Shown here piece after piece: positions 56,515-64,000 of a stretch of DNA of 64,000 nucleotides (the first letter of the stretch is position 1; every line of letters begins with the position of its first letter). Source of the DNA: Nitrospirota bacterium (GTDB taxonomy: Bacteria; Nitrospirota; Thermodesulfovibrionia; Thermodesulfovibrionales; Dissulfurispiraceae); the NCBI GenBank assembly GCA_963710375.1, contig CAVPZX010000002.1, forward strand, positions 224,001 through 288,000. The letters run 5' to 3'. Below the pieces are notes generated by a model. It had not been told where the DNA came from, searched no databases, and worked only from the letters and a program-made list of their open reading frames with translations. The position numbers and the translations under genes were made by a program.

Positions 56515-58635
56515 TTGGTTACTAATGTAGAGCTTGAGATAAGAGGGAAAAGCCTGGTTCTGGAAACAGGGCTTATGGCAAAACAATCGGGTGGGGCTGT
56601 GGTCGTAAGATACGGAGATACCGTTGTCCTTGCCACAGCAGTTGCGGATAAAAGAGTGAAAGAAGGTCTGGACTTCTTTCCTCTCACGATAGATTATCAG
56701 GAAAAGACTTTCTCAGCCGGGAAAATACCGGGAGGCTTTTTCAAAAGAGAGGGGAAACCTTCTGAAAAAGAAGTTCTGACCTCACGCCTCATTGACCGCC
56801 CCATGAGACCTCTGTTCCCTAAAGGGTTCTATTCAGAAACCCAGGGTATAGTTTCGGTCCTGTCTTACGGAGATGAAAATATTTCGGACATGCTGGGCAT
56901 AATAGGCATGTCCGCTGCAGTGCACATATCGGATATACCTTTTAACGGTCCCGTGGGCGCAGTGCGCGTTGGGAGGCTCAACGGCGCGCTCATCATCAAC
57001 CCGGATCTGACTGAAATTGAGGGAGTGGACCTCAATTTGGTGGTGGCCGGGACCGCAGATGCAGTAATAATGGTCGAAGGCGGCGGCGCCGAAGTTTCAG
57101 AGGCCGCATTCCTCGAGGCCATTGCCTTTGCTCATGACGAAATCAAAAGAATCGTTACTCTGCAAAACGAATTGCAGCGGATGACGGGAAAAGCAAAGAG
57201 GCCGGTTGCTCCTGTCCAGGAGCCTGTTGAACTCAAAAAGGTAGTCAGAGAATATGTAGCAGATAGACTAAAGGAAGCGATACGTATACCGGGCAAGCAT
57301 AGCAGGCAGGAAGCGCTCAACCTGATACTTGAAGATACCATTAAGCAATTAAACATTCCTGAAAAAGCCGAAAATCTGTGCGGCAATGCCCAAAAAGACC
57401 TTACCAGGGACATTGCAAACATTTTCGACGATTATGAAAAGGAAATCGTCAGGAATATGATACTCCAGGAAGGGGTACGGGCAGATAACAGAAGACCGGA
57501 CGAGATTAGACAGATTTCATGCACGTTAGGCTTTTTACCAAGGACGCATGGTTCCGCTCTGTTTACCAGAGGCGAAACGCAAGCGCTTGTGGCATCGACC
57601 CTCGGCACTGCAGATGATGAGCAGAAAATAGATTCCCTGGAAGGTGAAATGTATAAAACCTTTATGCTGCACTACAATTTCCCACCGTTCAGTGTAGGAG
57701 AGGTAAAACCGTTGCGTTCACCTGGCAGGAGAGAAATAGGGCACGGTGCGCTGGCAGAGCGTGCCCTTAAATATGTACTGCCCTCTAAAGACGTCTTCCC
57801 CTACACTATAAGAGTGGTTTCTGATATTCTTGAATCAAACGGATCTTCTTCGATGGCGACCGTTTGCGGGGCAACGCTTTCGTTGATGGACGCAGGTGTG
57901 CCAATAACCGCCCCTGTAGCTGGTATAGCGATGGGTCTCGTGAAGGAAAAAGATCAGGCGGTGGTCCTCACCGACATCCTTGGGCTGGAAGATCATCTGG
58001 GTGACATGGATTTCAAGGTCGCAGGAACTGAAACCGGTATCACGGCCTTTCAAATGGATGTTAAAATCGGCGGTGTCAGCCAGGACATAATGCAAAAAGC
58101 CCTTGAACAGGCCCGCATCGGGAGACTTCATATAATAGGTAAAATGAAAGAGGCGATGCCCTCGCCCCGTCAGAATTTATCGCCCCATGCTCCGCGGATA
58201 TACACCATGCAGATAAGGCAGGAAAAAATACGTGATGTGATCGGAACCGGCGGAAAGGTCATTCGCGGCATCATAGAACAGACGGGAGTCAAAATAGACA
58301 TCAACGATGCCGGCATTATTAATATCGCATCCTCTGATGAGGCATCAGCGCAAAAGGCGATAGACATTATAAACGGTATTATCGCTGAAGCAGAGCTGAA
58401 TAAAATATACATGGGAAAGGTAGTTAGAATAGCAGATTTCGGAGCCTTCGTGGAGATTCTTCCCGGAGTGGACGGCCTCCTGCACATATCTCAAATTTCC
58501 GACAAGCGCATTGCCAAAGTCACCGACGAGATTAACCTTGGTGACGAAGTGCTGGTCAAAGTGATCGAGATAGATGGTCAGGGAAGAGTGCGGCTCAGCA
58601 GAAAAGAAGCGATGAAAGAACAACAGAAGAGTTAA
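56515..58635 (+). CDS. pnp: Polyribonucleotide nucleotidyltransferase
   Basis: FFPLTIDY, RREIGHG, SNGSSSMA, GDMDFK, KH and S1 domains. Confidence 0.97.
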   Translation: MVTNVELEIRGKSLVLETGLMAKQSGGAVVVRYGDTVVLATAVADKRVKEGLDFFPLTIDYQEKTFSAGKIPGGFFKREGKPSEKEVLTSRLIDRPMRPLFPKGFYSETQGIVSVLSYGDENISDMLGIIGMSAAVHISDIPFNGPVGAVRVGRLNGALIINPDLTEIEGVDLNLVVAGTADAVIMVEGGGAEVSEAAFLEAIAFAHDEIKRIVTLQNELQRMTGKAKRPVAPVQEPVELKKVVREYVADRLKEAIRIPGKHSRQEALNLILEDTIKQLNIPEKAENLCGNAQKDLTRDIANIFDDYEKEIVRNMILQEGVRADNRRPDEIRQISCTLGFLPRTHGSALFTRGETQALVASTLGTADDEQKIDSLEGEMYKTFMLHYNFPPFSVGEVKPLRSPGRREIGHGALAERALKYVLPSKDVFPYTIRVVSDILESNGSSSMATVCGATLSLMDAGVPITAPVAGIAMGLVKEKDQAVVLTDILGLEDHLGDMDFKVAGTETGITAFQMDVKIGGVSQDIMQKALEQARIGRLHIIGKMKEAMPSPRQNLSPHAPRIYTMQIRQEKIRDVIGTGGKVIRGIIEQTGVKIDINDAGIINIASSDEASAQKAIDIINGIIAEAELNKIYMGKVVRIADFGAFVEILPGVDGLLHISQISDKRIAKVTDEINLGDEVLVKVIEIDGQGRVRLSRKEAMKEQQKS

Positions 58636-58659
58636 GCGCTATGGGCTCGATGCTTAACG

Positions 58660-59926
58660 ATGTTCACTAAACGATATCTCGATAACGGCATTCCAGTGGT
58701 AATGGAGCAGGCTGAAGAACTACAGCTCCGTTATTATCGGCATATGGGTAAAGGTCGGCTCCCGTAATGAAACCCCGGATAAAAACGGTATCTCGCATTT
58801 CCTCGAGCACATGTTCTTTAAAGGAACAAAAAAGCGCTCCGCAACTGACATCGCTGTTGACATCGACTCGCTTGGAGGAGACCTCAACGCCTTCACATCG
58901 AGGGAAAATACCGTATTTTATGTAAAAATCCTCGATGAATATATCGACAAGGGTATTGAATTACTGAGCGATATTTTCCTGCATTCTACTTTCCTGGCAG
59001 AGGAGGTTGAGAAAGAAAAAGGCGTCATAAAAGAAGAGATAAAGCTTGTTGAAGATACACCTGACGACCATATCCACGACCTGTTCAGTCAAACCGTTTG
59101 GGGCGATACGGGTCTCGGACAACCGGTGCTTGGGCGGCGGGAGACCATAAAGTCATTTACCCGTGAAGACCTGGCATTCCATGTAAAAAAATATTACGGC
59201 ACCTCCGATACCGTAGTGTCATGCGCAGGCAACTTTAACCCGGACACCGTTATGGGCCTCCTCAACCACCATCTCGGATCACTGAGGAGAGGCTCTGAAC
59301 CGGAGCTATTTTCACCGCCCAGATTTAAGGCCGATGTAGCGCTCTTTCCCAAAGACCTTTCAGAAACGCACATATGTGTAGGCGTCGAAGCTCCCCCCTT
59401 CGCCAGCGAGGACCGCTATGCTATCAGCATCCTGAATACCATTCTCGGCTCCAGTGTCAGTTCGAGGCTATTTCAGGAGGTCCGTGAAAAAAAGGGGTTT
59501 GCCTATTCCATTTATTCGTTTTCATCATCTTATATAGACACAGGCTTCTGGGCTGTTTATGCCGGCACCGGCCGTAAAAGGGCGCTCACTGTCACAGAGC
59601 TGATTATAAAGGAGATGCTGGGGCTGTATTCGTCAATTACCGACATAGAATTAAGGAGGGCAAAGGACCAGTTAAAAGGCAATATTGTACTGGGACTAGA
59701 GTTGACGAGCAGCAGGATGCAGAGTATAGCCCGCCAGGAAATATATTTCGGCAGGAATTTCAGCCAGAGCGAAATTATGAAAGCAATAGAATCGGTGACT
59801 ATGGAACAGGTAAAGGACCTCTCTTACCGGCTGGTCAATAGCAGCAATATGTGCCTGACCATCCTCGGCCGATTAAAAGAAGAGGAGTTTAAAGACATCT
59901 TAACCACTGGAAGAGCAGTCGCTTAG
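58660..59926 (+). CDS. M16 (pitrilysin) family zinc peptidase (apparent +1 frameshift at ~58710)
   Basis: MFTKRYLDNGIPVVMEQ / LKNYSSVIIGIWVKVGSRNE..GISHFLEHMFFKGT, SSRLFQEVRE. Confidence 0.9.
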
Positions 59927-59994
59927 CGCGGTTCTGACCACCTATTCCTATTCAAACTTGCCCGCTGTTCCGGTCAAGCAGTCTTTCTTATCAT

Positions 59995-60261
59995 TTACTT
60001 TCCCGACTGGAGTATTTCTTTTTCGACACCCTTAGCAAGTAACAGGCGTATATATGCATTATATGATATCCCTCTTTTTCTTGATAGCATCTTCAGTTTT
60101 TTCAAAACAAGCGGATCGAATTTCAATGTCACTGGTGTGAGCTTCGGTCGTTTGAACGTATCAGTGCTTTCCTCAAGATCTTCCCAGTATTCCGATATCG
60201 AATGTTTCTCCCAAAAAATTATCTCTTCTTCCTGTGTCCTAAAAGTTGGCAGCTTCTTCAT
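59995..60261 (-). CDS. CopG/BrnA-like antitoxin (RHH)
   Basis: KKLPTF..EE..FWEKH..VTLKFD..LK..KRGISYNAYIR. Confidence 0.8.
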   Translation of the reverse strand: MKKLPTFRTQEEEIIFWEKHSISEYWEDLEESTDTFKRPKLTPVTLKFDPLVLKKLKMLSRKRGISYNAYIRLLLAKGVEKEILQSGK

Positions 60262-60555
60262 TATATTATTTTCCCGAAAAGATATTGCTATTGTCAATAT
60301 CTTCAAAAATAATTTTCTCTATGCTTTATCAAGGGATTCTATTCCTGACTGACCATTACCTAAGAGCTGAGCACATATGCGTGGTAACAAGACGAGAAAA
60401 GAAAATTGACAAAACAGTCAAATTATGCTTATTGCAATAATGGTGATAGAATTTAAATATACTATAAAAATATTAACAAACCTAAATGACGTCGCGATGC
60501 TTTTGACTTGAATGTTCCCAGGAGTACGAATAACAAGTAACAGGAGGTAGCTGCA

Positions 60556-61950
60556 ATGAGACACGTCATATGTCTGGTGTTTATTTTTTTCTTGCTGGCT
60601 TCTTTTGCCTATGCAAGTACATGCACCCCGCCGTCTGGCTCATGTAACCCAACGGCTTATTGCCAATGCGTTGAGCAAAACGCGAACCGTAACCCTGGGA
60701 CTCCAGAGATGGCTTGCGGCCCGGTTTATGGCCCCTGTTCTGGTGTCATGGCTTGCTGCGGCGGCATGTGCACAGATACGAGTATAAACCCGCTCAATTG
60801 CGGTAAGTGCGGTCACAGTTGCACTGGTGGCACCGCTTGCTGTGGTGGAGCGTGCTGTGGTAAAAATGAGGGTTGCTGTCTATACAATGGCAGAACGGGG
60901 GACATCCTTGGCACAGCCACTTGCGTCAATCTTCTCCCAAGCGGCTTGGCCGCTGGTGAGATGGGCAACATATGGAACTGCGGTACTTGCGGGACCATCT
61001 GTCCTTCTGGCCCTGCAAATTCGACCATCACCTGCACGAACGGACAGTGCGGATTTGTATGCGACAGCGGCTATACTGACTGTGGGGGGCAATGCGTGCA
61101 GTGTCCGGGTGGTGCTAGTTGTTCCGGCACTAGCTGCCAGTGTCCCAAAGGTGAGACGGTTTGTGGCGCTTCCCCAGGGAACCCAGGGATTTGCAAAAAT
61201 CTTCAAAATGACTCTAAAAACTGCGGTAAGTGCGGGGACGTATGTACGGCTCCCCAAAATGGGACCTCCACCTGCGTCTCCGGAAAGTGCAGAATTGTCT
61301 GCAACAGCGGCTATACTAACTGCGGCGGGGTCTGCACAAATTTGCAAGCCGACCCGAAGAACTGCGGTAAGTGCGGGGACGTATGTAAGGCTCCCCAAAA
61401 TGGGACCTCCACCTGCGTCTCCGGAAAGTGCGGAATTGTCTGCAACAGCGGCTATACTAACTGCGGCGGGGTCTGCACAAATTTGCAAGCCGACCCGAAG
61501 AACTGCGGTAAGTGCGGGGACGTATGTAAGGCCCCCAACAATGCGACTGCCTCCTGCCCCGGCGGAAAGTGCGGATGGGGTTGCAACAAAGGCTATATGA
61601 ATTGCGGCGGGGACTGCGTGCAGTGCCCCTTAGGTGGGCAATGCAAGGGCACGAAATGCGGCGGATGCCCCTCGGGTGAGACTAACTGTGGCGGGGTCTG
61701 CACAAATTTGCAAACTGACTCGAACAACTGCGGCGTTTGCGCTACCACTTGCGCCTCTGGGACGCAGTGCGTGGGAGGACACTGCACGCCGATTGGAGGA
61801 GGTGGAACGCTCACGGGATGCACTAACAACCCAGTTGACTGTGAAGCTAATGGGCAGTATTGTTACAGTAATTGCAGCTCGTGCCAAGCTGCGAATGGCA
61901 GTCTTTATACGGCTTGTAACGGATTTACCTGGGCCTGCATTTGCAAATAG
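60556..61950 (+). CDS. Secreted cysteine-rich repeat protein with Stig1-like D..NCG.CG..C units
   Basis: AGGAGG RBS, signal peptide, repeated C.NLQ.D..NCG.CG.VC; 8 Cys per 47-aa unit. Confidence 0.85.
   Translation: MRHVICLVFIFFLLASFAYASTCTPPSGSCNPTAYCQCVEQNANRNPGTPEMACGPVYGPCSGVMACCGGMCTDTSINPLNCGKCGHSCTGGTACCGGACCGKNEGCCLYNGRTGDILGTATCVNLLPSGLAAGEMGNIWNCGTCGTICPSGPANSTITCTNGQCGFVCDSGYTDCGGQCVQCPGGASCSGTSCQCPKGETVCGASPGNPGICKNLQNDSKNCGKCGDVCTAPQNGTSTCVSGKCRIVCNSGYTNCGGVCTNLQADPKNCGKCGDVCKAPQNGTSTCVSGKCGIVCNSGYTNCGGVCTNLQADPKNCGKCGDVCKAPNNATASCPGGKCGWGCNKGYMNCGGDCVQCPLGGQCKGTKCGGCPSGETNCGGVCTNLQTDSNNCGVCATTCASGTQCVGGHCTPIGGGGTLTGCTNNPVDCEANGQYCYSNCSSCQAANGSLYTACNGFTWACICK
61219..61528 (+). 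repeat. 141-bp coding tandem repeat (two near-identical copies plus the start of a diverged third)
   Basis: AACTGCGGTAAGTGCGGGGAC at 61219, 61360 and 61501; copies 1 and 2 differ at two positions. Confidence 0.93.
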
Positions 61951-61986
61951 TAAGTTGACGTTCCTATCGGTGGTTCAGGTCGTTCG

Positions 61987-62015
61987 GACAAATTTTCCAG
62001 CGGGAGGTTGACGCT
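61987..62015 (+). terminator. Hairpin downstream of the Cys-rich gene
   Basis: TTTTCCAGCG-N9-CGCTGGAAAA. Confidence 0.55.
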
Positions 62016-62176
62016 GGAAAAAGTGTTGGCTAAGTCTGCCGAAAGAAGAACATTTGGGAATTACATTTTCAGGATGGAAGACACCCTGCTGTTAGATCGC
62101 ATGGTGTCTTCCATAAATTATCCGACTGCATACAATGAGTATTGTAGGAAATCATTCGGAATAAATTTAAATTAAA

Positions 62177-62262
62177 CTACAAGTCCACCGCTGGCAAATC
62201 CTTGAGGCTCTTCAACTGAAACACCTGTAGGAATTTCTCTGTCGTCTGGTATGCTAAATGTT
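62177..62262 (-). pseudogene. Isolated 3' fragment resembling scpB
   Basis: LAYQTTEKFLQVFQLKSLKDLP matches the ScpB C-terminal pattern Y.TT..FL..F.L.SL.DLP. Confidence 0.65.
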
Positions 62263-62623
62263 GGGGTATGGGGGTCAGGCTTGAAAACGGGAATATAGAA
62301 GAAAAAAGTGTGAACTGGACCGAAGTTTTATATCCGCTTTCTAAAGACGGCTGCTGACACACAAGGGATCACGGTTATGATCGGAAATCAGCAGTCTCGC
62401 TGAAATCTCGCGGGTGTCAATTATTAGAAGGTGACATCCTAACTGCAAGATTAATTTTAAAAGCGCGGACTTCGGGAATAATGTAACTACATTTCCAATG
62501 ACCACTACTGAGGATCTGAAATGAAAGAAACAAAGTCAGAAAAATGGAAAAAAGTTTCAGAAGAAAGCGTTTAGTGTCTTAAGTTGCGGTGTTATGATAA
62601 ACTAAAACCCTGCGGATACATTT

Positions 62624-64000
62624 ATGCTTAGAGACTTACGCATAAAAAACTTCACCATTATCGACGACCTCTCCATAGGCTTCGGACCCGGCCTTAACAT
62701 CCTTACTGGTGAGACAGGGGCGGGCAAATCCATTATTGTTGATGCACTCGGGCTCCTCCTGGGAGGCAGGGCATCGCTGGACATGATCAAAACAGGACGG
62801 AAGGAAGGACATATAGAGGCCTTCCTGGATAACACGGACCATCCGTTGCTTAGAGAGCTATCCATCGAAAGCGATGAAGGTATTATCCTGAGAAGGACCA
62901 TTGCAGCCCAGGGAAAAGGAAGAACGTACATTAATGATACGCCGGTCAGTTTGCAGACCCTTGCCTCCATTGGCAGGGACCTGATCGATATCCACGGCCA
63001 GCACGAATATCAGGGACTCCTCAAAAAAGAGAGCCACATGCTCTTTATCGACACTTACGGCAATCTGCAGGAATCTGTAGCGGCGGTTCAGTTGCTCCAT
63101 AATGAACTCGCCGTGCTCAAGAATACCATAGCTGAGATGAGAGACAGGATGCTCGAACGGGCCCAGCGTATAGACTTTCTAAGATTCCAGATCGGTGAAA
63201 TAGATTCGGCCCGCTTAAAAGAAGGCGAGAAGTCGATCATCGAAGAGGAGCGCTCCATCCTGCTGAACCTAAGCAAATTGAAAGAATCTTCCGAGACCGC
63301 CTACGACCTGCTCTACAACTCGGAAGGCTCGTGCCTCGAAAAACTCGCTTCTGTAATGTCTAAGATAGGCGATATCGCGCAGATAGACCACGAAGCCTCT
63401 GAGATTTTCAAAAATTTGGAGTCCGCAGTCCCGATGATCGAGGATGCTGCCATTCTCCTCAGGAATCTCAAGGACAAATACGATATCGACCCTCAAAAAC
63501 TCGGGGAGGCTCGACGAGAGGCTCGAAGTAATAAAGCGGCTCGAAAAAAAATACGGTGAAGGCGAAGGAAATATCTTAGCTTATAGGGACAAAGCTTCGG
63601 AGGAACTCGAAAATCTTGAGCGTATCGAGGAGCAGTTGGATGGACTGCAATCCTCACTGGCGTCCAGGCAGGAATCGCTTACCTCGGCTGCTGAAAAACT
63701 ATCAAAGACTAGGCATGCAGTTTCACAAAAGCTGGAGCCCATAATTATAGGCGAACTGAAGGAACTGGGATTTCAGAAGGCGGTCTTCGTCATTGAAATA
63801 AGGGAAAAGGAGTCCATTGCGGCGACAGGCATGGACGATGTCGAGTTCCTTTTCTCGGCGAACCCCGGCGAGACTCCCAAACCTCTCATTAAAGTGGCTT
63901 CTGGAGGAGAACTATCCAGAATCATGCTCGCGCTGAAATGCGTGGAAATCAATCAACAATCTGAAAAGAAAAAACCCCCGTTGCAAAATGCGGAATTCAG
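62624..64000 (+). CDS. recN: DNA repair protein RecN (apparent +1 frameshift at ~63508; runs off window end)
   Basis: LTGETGAGKS, IDIHGQHE; the shifted frame continues LDERLEVIKRLEKKYG..SANPGE..VASGGELSRIMLALK. Confidence 0.94.

Noticed and set aside
61219..61500. Near-identical repeat pair as DGR template/variable repeats
   Set aside because: Both copies are in-frame tandem coding units, the two differences are not adenine-specific in one direction, and there is no reverse transcriptase in the window.
60556..61950. Multiheme cytochrome
   Set aside because: Motifs are CxxCG, not CxxCH.

Overview
64 kb of chromosome from an anaerobic dissimilatory sulfur-metabolising bacterium; the gene content and style suggest Nitrospirota (Thermodesulfovibrionia-like), which is an inference. 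Core content: a liv-type ABC transporter divergent from iorB-paaK-ACT-paaK-ACT, a Cache/CZB chemoreceptor, comEC, cdaA-cdaR-glmM, a glutamate dehydrogenase, murJ, a TonB/TBDR pair, rpmE-DUF1385-prfA-prmC-dedA, a ~13.6 kb adk-sat-aprBA-(ykgJ,ykgJ,hsdR_N)-qmoABC-hppA sulfate-activation cluster, rdgB, rpsO-pnp-M16 peptidase and recN. Accessory patches (11.6-21.5 kb, 38.5-41.4 kb, 60-62.6 kb) hold an AT-rich 1357-aa NACHT/STAND NTPase with a C-terminal PD-(D/E)xK nuclease, an IS481-family element, a secreted Cys-rich repeat protein and many gene fragments. Most notable non-genic signals: (1) two ~180-nt elements (2589-2766, 26057-26235) whose long inverted arms are unrelated in sequence but which share a 20-nt identical inner hairpin; (2) GGGG(A/T)CA motifs at junctions of duplicated or captured gene fragments; (3) a structured, attenuator-like leader upstream of the TBDR; (4) mirrored 6/7/8-mer micro-repeat elements, some in frame inside proteins. 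No rRNA, tRNA or CRISPR array was recognised. Three +1 frameshifts in conserved genes (rpsO, M16 peptidase, recN) are probably sequencing errors. All calls are by eye; no searches were run.
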